Shown: one piece after another, positions 1-12,003 of the stretch | Numbering within the stretch: position 1 is the first letter of the stretch | Layout: each line of letters begins with the position of its first letter | Assembly: GCA_051942205.1 (NCBI GenBank) | Contig: JAVECO010000056.1 | Location: 1-64,000, forward strand | DNA: 64,000 nt | Origin: Coniocarpon cinnabarinum | Lineage: Eukaryota | Direction of reading: 5' to 3' | Made by a program: the position numbers and the translations under genes | The notes under the pieces: model-generated | The model's input: only the letters and a program-made list of their open reading frames with translations | Databases searched by the model: none | What the model was told of the DNA's origin: nothing

Positions 1-82
1 GAGGAGGAGGAGGAGGAGGCGGCGCTTGTTGTTGTTGTTGTTGTTGTCCCGCCGCAGCCAGCGGGACGAGCGGGATCGATTG

Positions 83-122
<40 letters not shown>
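1..122. repeat. Trinucleotide microsatellites (GAG)n, (TTG)n, (TGC)n encoding poly-P/poly-Q on the minus strand
   Basis: Directly visible runs at 1-19, 26-46 and 84-122. Confidence 0.95.
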
Positions 123-223
123 GCTCGTAGGTGGCGCCGCAGCGCCCACGCCCCCAAGACGATAATGGCGAGGCCGCCGAGAGCGGCGAAACCCCCGACG
201 GCAGGAACGGTGCTGCTCATCAT
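1..223 (-). CDS. Partial (3' end outside window) protein with an N-terminal hydrophobic/TM segment followed by poly-Q and poly-P tracts; two 5'-UTR introns (383-488, 227-320)
   Basis: Manual translation MMSSTVPAVGGFAALGGLAIIVLGAWALRRHLRAQQQ...; upstream GTGAGT..CTAAC..CAG and GTAAGT..CTAAC..TAG introns. Confidence 0.6.
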
Positions 224-1942
224 GATCTATAAAAGATTAGCTTGTTAGCTGCGAATCCCAAGGCAAAACGTGCAAGTTGCGACTGTAGTGGCGTGAGAAA
301 TTGGGTTAGGCCTAACTTACGTTGGTAGAGGCTGCGTTGAATCTCTTTTGTTTGATGGAAGTTGCTTTTGTACTTGATTATCTGCTAAATTACGTTAGTC
401 GCTAGGCTTCTGAGCGAAACCGCATCAGAAAGACTCATAAGGAAGGATGCAGACGTTCGTTGAGGAGAAAGAAGGAAGGGAGACTCACCGGGCAAAGATA
501 TTGAGGGTGGGTGATTAGCTAAGCCGATTGCCTGGGAAACAGTATCAATGACGTATAGTGCCAGGCGACCGAGAGATCACGTTTTACTGGGCTCGGTCAC
601 CTTGTCGGGTCGCGGCGGCTTCTGATTTGGTTGCCGGGGCCAATTGGCCTGTTTGCCTCACAGTCCCGTGATACAGAAACTCACCTTGACAGCCTCGAAA
701 GCATTGTATCTGCAGTGTTTGTAAGCCGCATACGCTTTGCAATCCTCTGTGGTTGTTTTTTAATGCCAACCAGATACTCGTCGAGTAATTGGCATACCCC
801 GAGTCCCGTATTAGACCTTTGAAAAAACTTAGTTTTGCATCTAATATTCTAGTTTCTTTGGGATTCTTCAGTCGCGTGGATGCATCATGGCTAAGGGTTT
901 GAAACATACTGCGATAGCAGCAAGAAAAGCCGAACGGACATCAAATTACATCGGCCCGACTAATACTCAACTTCCATGTCGCGTTCGATCCTTCCCCACG
1001 TGCTGAGCCGCGCATTCTCATCCGCCTGCCGTAAACCGAGCAGTACGAACTCTACCAATCCATTGAAGATGCAGCAAAGCACACAAGCTTTGCACGCTTC
1101 AAGCCATGAGACTGAGGCAATGCAGGAGCCAGTTCAGACAGCGCCATAGTCCTACTGCAGTGGCCCTCAATATTAGCGCTATTCTGGATAATCTTCTGAC
1201 ACGAGTGCAATGAAGAATTCTCGAATAGCTGAGATACAGGAGCTTGAGCCGGTATCTCAAAGGTTGAGAGAGCAATTGCGACCGGTCACCACATGGCAAT
1301 CAAGCTTCTTCCACTTCCATAAAGTAGAAGTACTCCAGTTCTTTGATGATAAGGTTTCCTCTTGCAGCACTGAAACACTATGCAAATTGCCTTTCATATC
1401 CGTACTGCGCAACATATTCCTTACGCGCCGATTCTCGAAGTCATATCACGTGCTCCAGTTCTACTGCGGCAAGGACCTTGTAGGAGAGTACTTGCCAAAT
1501 CAAAGTTCACTATCCCATGAGGCGCAAGCACTCTTTCGCCATCCTACGCATAGCCTTCTGGCCTAAGAAATCCATAACGTACAGGCTCGCCGCCGAGACT
1601 AAGATCAGGGAGAGGCATGCATAAAAGCACGGACCACATGTCAGGGTCGCGTGCCAAAGCGGGAAAAAAAGAGAGCGCGCCCAGAAAGCCTTGTTGAGTC
1701 CGCCGAGAGATTTGCGTGTTTGAGCGCGGGGTCGATCCAATCACATCAAAATTCAGTCGAGTTTGCCTGTCACTTGAAGTGAAGTCCAGATAGGAGACAG
1801 GGGTAGCGCTAATTGTCACGCTAGCGCAACAGATATGCGCTAAGCCTTTCTTGGCCGCCGCGATCAACAGGACACGTGTTGGAGGACGACCTATTAGTTG
1901 CTGGTGGCAGAGCGCCACCCAGCAGTAACACTACGATTCTCG

Positions 1943-3801
1943 ATGGCGATACTGCGGCCCAATGTCGGGCTGACAGCTCTTTTGCTTGCCAACATACTAT
2001 CAGCATTCTTCGCGCCCATCCAGGATTGCGACGAAGTCTTCAACTACTGGGAGCCAGTGCATTATCTCCTCCACGGCTATGGATTGCAAACGTGGGAGCT
2101 CTCGCCAGAATTTAGCATACGATCATGGCTTTATGCATCATTGCATGCTGGTCTAATCAGATTGTTCTCGCTTACCCACATCAGCGACAGCAAAACGAGC
2201 CAATTCATCTTCCTACGCGTTCTACTTGCCTTCGTCAACACGCTTGTCCAGAAAAACCTCTTTGACCACATGCGCGATGTCATACACCCCAGAGCCGCCT
2301 GGTTCTTCTTACTCGTGTGCTGCTCCAGCGCTGGCAACTTCATTTCCAGTGCAAGCTTCCTCCCCAACAGCTTCGTGATGTATTGCATGAGCCTTGCGAT
2401 GGCTGCGTTCATGAATGAGCCGGCCAAAGACAGCGCGTCAAGCTGCATCACATGGATTGCGGCTGCATCAGTGTTTGGATGGCCATTCGTTGGACTGCTG
2501 AGTCTTCCATTTGCCATCTTTTCAGCTTTCCAGTCCTTCGTGTTCGATAATTCCTGGCTGCCCATCCAGCTTGTAAAGGCTCTTTGCAGTGGGCTCGTTC
2601 TCTTGGTGCGGATGACCTAATTTCGTTGAGACGTACAGCACTGACTTAGCTAGGCATTTGAAGTTGCTGTAGATTCCTACTTCGCTGGCCATCTCCACAG
2701 CGTGCCGTTCAACATTACTCTGTACAATGTCTTCTCGAGTGAGGGGCGGGGGCCGGAGCTATATGGGACCGAGTTAGTGGACACCTGGGTTACGGGCAGT
2801 TACCGAACGTATGCTTATACTAGATTAGACCGTGGTACTTCTATGTGCTCAACCTCTCCCTCAATTTCAACCTTGGCTTTTGGCTGGCCCTTTTGGCGCT
2901 TCCTCTGGCAACAGTGAATCAGCGAGCGATATATTTGCCAAACATCCTCACCTATGTGCTACTGTCACCATTCTACCTCTGGCTAGTCGCCATGTCTCTC
3001 CCGGCCCACAAAGAAGAACGCTTCATGTACCCAATCTATCCGTGTCTGGCCTTCAACGCTGCTGTCTCGCTTCAAGTTCTTGCCGACTTCATACTCAAGC
3101 AGAGCGCACCAAAAGGGAAAGAGAAGGCCTCGAATTGGAATCTCATCTCAACAATCGATCAAGCCGTCAGCTATGTACCGTTTCGACTTCGAAGGCTCGC
3201 CTTCTTCGGCTTGCTTGGGATCACTGCCTTTGTTGGGATTTGGCGCAGCCTCGGTCTTGCGACTGCTTACGATGCGCCCTTTAAGATCTACCAGAAGTTG
3301 CCAATCGACGACCTCAACGATACCAATGTCTGCGTGGGCAAAGAGTGGTATCGCTTCCCCTCCTCCTTCTTCCTCCCCTCCGGCAATACGGTCGTCAATG
3401 GCACATTTGCAGGAACGAAGCGTCTCAAGTTTGTCCGCAGCAGCTTCCACGGCCTATTACCGGGCGAGTTTGCAGAGACAGGACCTGGTGCTGAATATAG
3501 CCTGTTTCCTGCCACATCAATCATTCCAGCCGGCATGAACAACAAGAATGAAGAGGACCTTGGAAAATACACAGACGTCGAGCAGTGTGACTACATGGTG
3601 GACTCAAACCTCCCAAGCTGGGCTCCAAACCTGGAAGAGCCGGACTACATCTCACTTGCGAAGAAAGAGGAAGGGTGGAGCGTGATAGCGTGTGAGCCCT
3701 TCTTGGACGCCGCTTCCACTGGGTCACTTGGGAGGATTGGCTGGGCGCCTGGATCTTTGAGGATTTGGGGAGAGTATTGTCTCTTGGTGCAACATCGATA
3801 G
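1943..3801 (+). CDS. ALG9: Alpha-1,2-mannosyltransferase Alg9 (GT22); introns 2606-2653, 2773-2828
   Basis: Motifs APIQDCDEVFNYWEP, QTWELSPEFSIRSW, YGTEPWYFY after splicing, HKEERFMYP, CVGKEWYRFPSSFFLP. Confidence 0.95.
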
Positions 3802-5167
3802 CCAGTCTGCCTTGGTCTATTCTACCAAAATTGAGGTCTCAATGGGGGTTTGCTCGATACGCAATGCGTAAGGCATCATATTGGGGGCTTGCATTGGCTG
3901 TATGCATCAAGGCGTTGAAACGGTAGAGGTACAATACACAGAATTGAATTGAGATATGAATGACGGCGGCTTTTCAAGCTTTTACACTTACGGACGCGAT
4001 ATCTGAGCATCTGCAGGTACCATGCGGTAGAGATTCAGTGAGACAGTACAACGGACACTCTTTACACATCTTGAGGGCGTATCTTCTCACATACGAAGAC
4101 TTCTGGCTCATTCATACTCATAATATATGCGCACTAGACACTTAAACCTCAGTGGAAGAGGTTGAAACGCTTCCAGAGTATGTCAAAGATGTCAGGAGTC
4201 TTGGAGATCCCAATTGGAGGTCACATGAAGTCAAAGTGTTGATGTACTAGGTACAAGGATCTTAATCGAATAGAACCAGACGTTGCCACAACAAATCAAG
4301 ATATCTGGAATACTGGACTTAGAGAGTCGAAGATACTACGAGAGTAGCGTTAGCATCTACTAAATGGCAGAAGCACAATGACATAGAATGAAACCTTATT
4401 AAACACCATCAAGATATTCAGAGTCCTGTAAGTCCAGCTCACAAGATTGTGAATCTCTTCTGTCTACCTTGAGTACATCAACGAAGCTCTACTGCATAGT
4501 ATAGGGCGTTTTGCAAGTATAACAAAGTTCAAAAAGGTAGAGGATCTGAAGAATCAAGCTCTGGGTGGTAGCATCTCATACCTGCTACTTGTCAGACACA
4601 TCAAGAACTAGTATTAGTCCCACAATATGTATAGTGAATGAAATCAATTTTCATCACGCTGCAATACCATAACAACAGTTCGATAATGCCTGCATGTACT
4701 ATAGAGTATCTGTTTCAAGATATAGAGCAACGCATTCCCAAGATCTCAAGGAGAACACTGGTAATTTTGCAAGTTTGAGATGATATAGAGGTCATACGAT
4801 AGATCAACGCAATACATGCCAGAAATTTTGAGAAGTAGGGCAATACTATGCCAAATGCCCCAGAATATACTCATAAATGCCCAGCTTTGGACCAAAAGAT
4901 ATCAGTAAACAGGCGTTTACGTGTACTAGATATTTGAGATTCTCAGAAATAGTGTAAAGCATTTACAAGGTATGAAGTAGATATGGGAAATGTTGCAAAA
5001 ATGGGTCAAGAAATGTCAAGTTCACGGCTGAGAATTGCAGTTTCAAAGATAAGACACAAGCTTTGCAGAATCTTCATCAATTGGATTACTAAAATACAAA
5101 AACCGAATCGAAAATCCGTCATGCTGCCTGCGTAGGCAGCGCCGTCCCAAACTGAGACGACGCTGCA

Positions 5168-8100
5168 CTACTGCTGAGGCCGGATAAGACGCAACGCCGT
5201 CCCCGACACCTCCCCGGGGAACACCTCCGCCATCCACACCAGCCGATCGCGAGCCCACGTCTCCTGGGCCGGGGTCAGCACCCCAGGGACAACCTTGCCC
5301 ACCAGCCAGCAGACTGACTGGTGAACAAGGGCCACCGGGGGCCCCCCATCATCTCCACGCAGGCAGTCATCCCAACAACGGCCCGCCAACACAGAAGCAC
5401 ACCCCAAGCCAGCACCACGAGCTTCCACCGCCAGCGCGTGCAGCCCGCTGTTTTTGTCGCCCAAAACAGCGACACCGCGGCCAAGCACAGCCCAAAGGAA
5501 CTTGCAGGCAATTTCGAGGAGCCCGCTCTCCTCTGCATCTTGATCATTTGCCAGCGCAATGCTGGCATTGAGCGCGATGGTGTTGCAGTCCTTCTTGAAC
5601 TGCCCGACTGTGAGCGTCAGGCCGCTCTTATTGTTGATGGCCGTTGTGGCGGCGTCCATCGCAGTCCGCTTCACCCGCACGTCCCATTCTCCCAGCCACA
5701 CCCTCTTCGCACCATCGAGGATGTCTGCAAGCAAGCGACTCTGATCCACCTCAACTATGACGGTGCGCGAGAGGATCTTTGCAAGTTGGTGGGCTTCAAG
5801 GCTGTGCTCCCCCACGAGAGAAAACCGCACCAAGTGTTCTAGCTCACGGTGAGCTTCTCGGATGTAGGCGTCTCCATTTGCGCCTTTGCAAATGGCCGTA
5901 ATTGTCTTTAGGGCGAAGCTGCCCAAGATGGATGCTCTGCGTTCAATGACGGTGTCGATAATGATGGGTTGGAGAGCGGTCAAAGAGCCCGATGACAAGA
6001 ACGATTCATTGTGCGAAATTGCTTTCCTGGCGCGTTCGAGAAGTTGCTTGACTTTATCGTGCGCTGATTGGGACCTGTTGAGCTGTTGGCGGAGAGGGTC
6101 GATGAGGATGGAGATGTCGTCAGGTGCGATTATGGTCGCCATGTGTGCAAAGATGTCGTAGCCTTTATTTGGAGAGTTGACTTCTTTAGTGCGGCTTTTG
6201 TAATCAGTAGCTTCTTTCTCCTCGCTGATGTGTCCGAAGACGTTGTCGATAACAATTGCTACGAGATCCTGCAGGCAGTGATGGAGGTCGCCAGGCTTGA
6301 GATGGGGCAAAAAGGTGCGTAGGAGATATTGAACTGTGTAGCTGAGGACGTGTTGTTGAGCGCCACGAGATAAAGTGGATTTTAGTTGTGTGAGAACGAA
6401 GCGGAAATTACCGGGCCCAAACAGGACCGTCACCTCGGAGAGTGATATGCGTGCCGCGTCTCTTGCCTCTTGTGCTTTGCTTTTCAAAACGTTGCACAGG
6501 TCAAGCAAAAGATGGGGCGCTTGAAAAATGACCTCATCGTCAGGCAGGGCTACGATCACTTTTGCTGCTATCGTAGCAACCGGCACCCTGAGATCCACCG
6601 TCACCTCATTCTTATAGTGCAGAAAATCCATAAGCTTTGACAGCACCGTCTTGCCCAGAGTTTGTGATATTACCTCAGGCCCAGGCATGGATTGTGCCAG
6701 GCGCGAAATTCTTTCAGAGGAGCTGCTCTTGTGGAGGCGCGCCCGATGGAATGCGTCAACAACTGCACCAAGGACGCGTATTGACAACTTCGTCTCGAAA
6801 CGCTTTCGCTCCACCACCATTCTCTGCAACATTGAACGGAACTGGCTCCATGTCAGGGATTCGACGACTGTCTTTAGAGCTGTGACTGCTTCATTGACCA
6901 GATTCAGATTCTTTTCAGTCACCTGCGCGATTACCGTCTCAATGAGCGGAACAAAAATCCTTGAAATCGTCCGACTCTCCAAGTTGTGCGCCTCCAGAGC
7001 AAGTTTACGCCACGCATTGAGTCTTTGAGAATGCTGCACAGCATGAATTGCAGCAAAGAAAGAAGGATAATCTTTCCCTTCGAGTAAGACCCTCATGTCT
7101 GCACACTCGGACGCGTTGTTCTTGGTCAGCTCCTCCAATAGCGTCAAATATTCACCACGAATAGTTTCAGATTGGTGGCGAATGCCACGAACAACGCCGG
7201 GAAATAATATTGTTTCGACCAGCTGTCGACGTGTCAAGGACCAGAACAGCTCAGTGGAAGGATTGTCTGGCTGAGTCAAGCACTGAGTGAAGCTCCGCAA
7301 ACATCGAGAAGCACCGGCCCGAGTAGGCGACAAATTTGTATCGTCTTCAACCAAGAACAAGAAATTGTGTAGTAGAGGCTGCCACTGTCGAGCGCTCATG
7401 TCAACACTGCTTCCACCAGCGCAAGCGGCGAAAGCTTCATCCATGGCACCCATATCTGTTTCACCCAGGCGCGTGGAGCTTCTCCTGTTAAGACATTCGC
7501 AGAGCACAGCGATCGAGTGCAAGGCTTCCTCGCTATTTGTGAGCAACTTGAAAACCCGACCCAGGAGTTGGCGGCTGGGCCAGTCTTGAAAGTAACTGAA
7601 AAGAGACGACAAGACATCGTATGACAGGCTGAAGAGGTCATCGTTCACACGAAGCTGACAACGAGGGAGATACGACTCCAGAACGCCTAGCAGCTTAGTT
7701 CGAGCAACGTGATTCATATGCTTTCGTGCTGGGTCGATAAGAACAATTAGCGCCTTGACAAATGATCCACCGGAGCCTTCAGCTCCCACGAAAGGCTGTG
7801 TTAACTCTACGGCCGATAAGCTAGCTTCAAGAATGTCTTTACTGGGGTCCTGTGAAAGAAGCGATCCAACAGCTTCGAGGATTGTGGTGGCCAAGCCGTT
7901 CAAGAGTTCCTTCCTTAGGCTAGTGACATTGGCATCTTCGTCATCGGTCATCATTGACCCAGGGTCAATGAGGCAAAGGGAAGGTTGAATGATGTTGTTC
8001 AAGATGAAAAGCCGCACCTCGTCCTTGAGGACGGACTGAGAAAGTGAATCCGCAAGTCGATAATAAACACGATGAGACGGATGCAAGAGCAGATCAAGAG

Positions 8101-11100
8101 TGTTGGAATTTGCAGCCCATGAGGAAAAGATTCGGAACAATGTTGATACTCCTTGCGCATTCTCGGCAGCCAGGTCCCGAACGCGAGGAGCAATAACTTC
8201 GGTGGCAACAAGGGGCTTGTACAGGGTCCAGTCATGATTCGAGCAGGCTTCAAACAACGCTTGAATGGCGCGCAGGGCCTCTTGACGTGTTGCCTTCATT
8301 GCGCCAGTCCTCGATGTATCATGGTCCTGCTGCTCGAGAACATCATTGCTTAGACTTCGTTGTGCAGAGGCAAAGCAGAACATCGCAGCATCCATGAGCC
8401 TATCTGCCATAGGCGCAAGCTTGTTCGACAGAGTTGCAGCCATGTCCTGAACCATCTTGGCTAGACCAATCTGTTTACTCCATGGAACATTCGCTTTCGT
8501 TAGTGCCACTTCGTTCAAAGATCGCGGATTGGTCTTCTTAACAGCTTTGACATTATGCAACGGATCCAATGCGATACGCACGAACTCCTCAAGTGCATCA
8601 CCGTCTAGTCGTGCTAGACTTGTCAACACAGCTTTACGTCTTGTAACAAGTCCTCCTCGGTCGTTGGAGCCTGTCCTCGCGATAGCGCGTCCGTACAACA
8701 TACGAAGCAAGACTGGCAACAAAGCTGGCCAATGTTGCTGTTTGATGACACTCTCATCGTCGTCAACGTGAAGAAAGACTATCAACTCATCGCGAAAGCG
8801 CGTGTCGTCCAACAGGTTGATGAGGTTGTCCGCGTATGGCTGGATTGAGGACTCTCTCCAGGCCAAGAGCGCCTCAAGCGCTGGCTTCTGCAGCATGGCG
8901 TCTCCACTGCACAGCAAAGACATGAGTGTTTCTTTCACTCGATCCGCGTCCGGCAACATCTTTGGATTCTCGAAGTTGGAGAAAACGCGAAGCAAGCCTT
9001 TCCTGTCCTCTCGTGAGACATGTCGGTGGCTTTGTGTGTTTACAAGTGAGGGCATTTCGTCATCATCATCATGATATTCGTTAACGTTAGAGGAGTCTTC
9101 GTCGAGAGAGAACCATTCAAGGAACACGGGAACGATCACCTTTGAATTCCTCTCTGCTAATCGTGGAAGCTTTTCGAGCACCAGCAATGCTTTGGAGCGG
9201 CCGATGTCAACAGCGAGGCTAATCTGCGAGTTGTGTGAGTCAAACCGCTGGCGGAGGTGTCTGCCAATGTCTGAAAAATAGTCATTGTTCTGGTCTGCTT
9301 TGGCGTCGAGCAGTAAAAGATGGGAGCATTGAAACTCGTTCATGCGCTTGGGCGGCTCTTTGTCCGCTGCTTGATGTTGCATACTGGTTTTTTTGGTCTC
9401 AACCTCCGGGCATTGCAACCAAGAGACGATGATGCCCATTACGAGGTCTGCAGCGACAGAGGAATCGCAGCACTGGTTCAACACTGAAATGGCATCATCC
9501 CACATTGGCGTAAGTCGGATAAAAAGCAATCCAAGACAGTGAGCGGCAACAACTCGCTTCAGCCAGGAGACCGAAGTTGCTTTTACAGCTAGGTGGCCAA
9601 GCCTGCGTACCATTTGTGAAATGACACGAATGTTTCGAGGGTCTAACGTCATCGATTCGACCTCCAAGGCTTGCTTCAAAGCGCGCGCAGCCTCGTGTTC
9701 GTGTCTGCCTTCTAGGATCACAATGAGTAGTTCCAGGGTGGTGCGACGGAGTTCTTGAGAGGCTGTTGCCAGATTTGCTTCCAGTGAGGCCAACAGTCGG
9801 TCCAGATGATTGTTAGAGAGGCTGTGGAGTCGTTCCTGGTCCTCGCAAACGACACGAAGAGCATTCAAATGACCTATAGAGTATTGACGCCGGTCTGTGG
9901 CTTCGACGATTTGTGAAAAATCCAGACGGAGCAAATCCTCCTGATGGCCGAATCGAAGAAAGCACTCAAGTCCGCGATCATACAAAAATTCCAGACCGTT
10001 CGCAGAAATGATCGATGCGTCACTTTTGAGGGCTAGGATGATCGACTGTTGGAGCACAGAGCTCATCTTGCTAGAAATCTTAAAGTTATTTGAGGGCGCA
10101 AGACGCATCAGTATATCCAGTTGGGCGTCGAGAAGATGCAGGTCTGATGCGTCAAGCGTTCGTCCATTGGCAAGTGAGTCAAGGAGCTTATCACAACGAT
10201 CTTCAAGAGTCCTAGTCGCGAATGCAAGTCGGACTGAATCTTCGAATGTCGATCCAGTGCTTGGCAGCAAAGCTAATATTGTGGCTTCCGAGTCGTTCCA
10301 GTTGTTCATTATGTATCTGCGCATTGGACTTGACAGAAGACTAGTGAATCTGTCTCGGCCAAGATCGTTGACCAAAACGCAAAATCGAAGGATGAATGGC
10401 TTGAAGACGCCGTTCTCAACATTTTGCAGTAGAGTGGCAACCCGTGGCGAGACGATCTCCAGTGGAGCATATTGCATGAACAAGGCGAGCGATGCGAGGA
10501 TGGCTTCCGCGCAGTCGGCATCTTGGCTGAACTCGTCGTCCTGCGTACTGATAAGGAACTCAATGACTTTCAGCAGTTGGGTCCAGCTTGAACTCGATAA
10601 ACGAGAACCCTTGCGCACACCCGCCATGGTATACAGCAGATGAGCAGCAACTACTATGTTGCCTGGACAATTGTCGTTTCCCACAGCCATTCGACATTGC
10701 GACAGTACTTGGGTTGAGATAGGCTCAAAGCTGTCTGAGTTGGTATGATGGATTAAACTTATTAGAACGCCCTGCAAGTGTTCACGAGCAATTGTCGACT
10801 TTCGCTCGTGTGAGTGAGATGCTGCAACAAAAACGTACTTCAGAAGGGACGATACAATATTCACGCCGCACTCACGTACACCAGACTGTGAGTTCTTGAT
10901 TGCGTCTGCAAACATTGCCATGAGGCCCAGCTGGTACTGAGTTTGCTGTGGCTCTGGCGTCTCATACAGATCATTGAGAGCGAAGTTAATAAGTGAGTCA
11001 AGCGGTGAAGCATCTTGATCGTCGACACTGGCGGTCCTTCGGATGAGAAAGCTCATGGCTTCGGCAGAGAAGCGCGTGACATGCGACTTCTGACGCTCTT

Positions 11101-11683
11101 TGCCCAACATTGGAGCCATGAGAGTGAAGAGCGGAACAAGATTCCTCTCCAACAATCTCGCAAAGCGTTTGAAGAGGCCGGTCATTGCATCGAAGCTCCA
11201 TTCCACACCCTCGACCTCGGTATGAGTCGCAGCGACATCAGCGACGACGGCAATGCAACGCTCAAAGAACTCGTCAAAGCGAAGCCAAAGGTCATCTGCC
11301 AGACGTACTAGAAGTTCAAGAAGAGGTTCAAGAGAGTGCACATCTTTCTTTTCAATGGATTGAAGCAAGAGGTCGACGACTTTTGTGCGGTGATGAACAG
11401 TTTGCGTCAAGCTTTGGCAGTATGGATCGACTTCTTCCGAAAAAGCGGTGAAGACAGTCGACATATTCTGATCGCGCCATTTGTCCAGGCAGACCTTGAA
11501 GTGAGAGTCCTTGTCGCTAAGCTCGGCATGCTGCCTTCGTTCGGCTTCATTGAGGCGAAATGGCTTGACATTGATGGCAGCGATGCGTGATGAGAACGAC
11601 TCGAATCTGTGTTGGTTTTTCGATGGAACCTTGCGACCACGATGAGGAGTGGCAGCGCCTTTGGGAGCACCAGTTCTGGCCAT
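5168..11683 (-). CDS. UTP20: U3 snoRNP / SSU processome HEAT-repeat protein Utp20 (intronless, ~2170 aa)
   Basis: N-terminal HRFESFSSRIAAI, DRIM-region FSNFENPK and NLLDDTRFRDEL, C-terminal LKSKAQEARDAAR and QHVLSYTV motifs. Confidence 0.92.
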   Translation of the reverse strand: MARTGAPKGAATPHRGRKVPSKNQHRFESFSSRIAAINVKPFRLNEAERRQHAELSDKDSHFKVCLDKWRDQNMSTVFTAFSEEVDPYCQSLTQTVHHRTKVVDLLLQSIEKKDVHSLEPLLELLVRLADDLWLRFDEFFERCIAVVADVAATHTEVEGVEWSFDAMTGLFKRFARLLERNLVPLFTLMAPMLGKERQKSHVTRFSAEAMSFLIRRTASVDDQDASPLDSLINFALNDLYETPEPQQTQYQLGLMAMFADAIKNSQSGVRECGVNIVSSLLKYVFVAASHSHERKSTIAREHLQGVLISLIHHTNSDSFEPISTQVLSQCRMAVGNDNCPGNIVVAAHLLYTMAGVRKGSRLSSSSWTQLLKVIEFLISTQDDEFSQDADCAEAILASLALFMQYAPLEIVSPRVATLLQNVENGVFKPFILRFCVLVNDLGRDRFTSLLSSPMRRYIMNNWNDSEATILALLPSTGSTFEDSVRLAFATRTLEDRCDKLLDSLANGRTLDASDLHLLDAQLDILMRLAPSNNFKISSKMSSVLQQSIILALKSDASIISANGLEFLYDRGLECFLRFGHQEDLLRLDFSQIVEATDRRQYSIGHLNALRVVCEDQERLHSLSNNHLDRLLASLEANLATASQELRRTTLELLIVILEGRHEHEAARALKQALEVESMTLDPRNIRVISQMVRRLGHLAVKATSVSWLKRVVAAHCLGLLFIRLTPMWDDAISVLNQCCDSSVAADLVMGIIVSWLQCPEVETKKTSMQHQAADKEPPKRMNEFQCSHLLLLDAKADQNNDYFSDIGRHLRQRFDSHNSQISLAVDIGRSKALLVLEKLPRLAERNSKVIVPVFLEWFSLDEDSSNVNEYHDDDDEMPSLVNTQSHRHVSREDRKGLLRVFSNFENPKMLPDADRVKETLMSLLCSGDAMLQKPALEALLAWRESSIQPYADNLINLLDDTRFRDELIVFLHVDDDESVIKQQHWPALLPVLLRMLYGRAIARTGSNDRGGLVTRRKAVLTSLARLDGDALEEFVRIALDPLHNVKAVKKTNPRSLNEVALTKANVPWSKQIGLAKMVQDMAATLSNKLAPMADRLMDAAMFCFASAQRSLSNDVLEQQDHDTSRTGAMKATRQEALRAIQALFEACSNHDWTLYKPLVATEVIAPRVRDLAAENAQGVSTLFRIFSSWAANSNTLDLLLHPSHRVYYRLADSLSQSVLKDEVRLFILNNIIQPSLCLIDPGSMMTDDEDANVTSLRKELLNGLATTILEAVGSLLSQDPSKDILEASLSAVELTQPFVGAEGSGGSFVKALIVLIDPARKHMNHVARTKLLGVLESYLPRCQLRVNDDLFSLSYDVLSSLFSYFQDWPSRQLLGRVFKLLTNSEEALHSIAVLCECLNRRSSTRLGETDMGAMDEAFAACAGGSSVDMSARQWQPLLHNFLFLVEDDTNLSPTRAGASRCLRSFTQCLTQPDNPSTELFWSLTRRQLVETILFPGVVRGIRHQSETIRGEYLTLLEELTKNNASECADMRVLLEGKDYPSFFAAIHAVQHSQRLNAWRKLALEAHNLESRTISRIFVPLIETVIAQVTEKNLNLVNEAVTALKTVVESLTWSQFRSMLQRMVVERKRFETKLSIRVLGAVVDAFHRARLHKSSSSERISRLAQSMPGPEVISQTLGKTVLSKLMDFLHYKNEVTVDLRVPVATIAAKVIVALPDDEVIFQAPHLLLDLCNVLKSKAQEARDAARISLSEVTVLFGPGNFRFVLTQLKSTLSRGAQQHVLSYTVQYLLRTFLPHLKPGDLHHCLQDLVAIVIDNVFGHISEEKEATDYKSRTKEVNSPNKGYDIFAHMATIIAPDDISILIDPLRQQLNRSQSAHDKVKQLLERARKAISHNESFLSSGSLTALQPIIIDTVIERRASILGSFALKTITAICKGANGDAYIREAHRELEHLVRFSLVGEHSLEAHQLAKILSRTVIVEVDQSRLLADILDGAKRVWLGEWDVRVKRTAMDAATTAINNKSGLTLTVGQFKKDCNTIALNASIALANDQDAEESGLLEIACKFLWAVLGRGVAVLGDKNSGLHALAVEARGAGLGCASVLAGRCWDDCLRGDDGGPPVALVHQSVCWLVGKVVPGVLTPAQETWARDRLVWMAEVFPGEVSGTALRLIRPQQ

Positions 11684-12003
11684 TGTTGAGCTGGAAATTT
11701 GGCGCTCCCAAAAGTGAGATGAAAAGACGATGCAAGAGCAAGGACTGTATGCCGCCACAGGACAGCAAAACCCAGCATGTTATTGGCGCATATACGGCAT
11801 CGCATGCATGTTGATTCACCCAAACGGGTAAAAGCGCATTCGGGTCTGGAACCCTAAGTCGCATCCCTTTTTCCTCCCAGCCGGACTGGACACTGCCCTT
11901 CGATTGTCTCAAGTCAACTTTTCTACGACAAGAGATCGTCAGCACACGTTGAACAAGCTTTGGAACTTGCTCTTCTCTGCATTAGCTTCTCGCGTCTCTC
12001 AAG

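Noticed and set aside
1210..1566. 118-aa ORF upstream of ALG9
   Set aside because: No homology cues or splice support
3960..5040. AT-rich spacer between ALG9 and UTP20, checked for periodicity or RIP-decayed transposon sequence
   Set aside because: No consistent period or transposon motif found by eye
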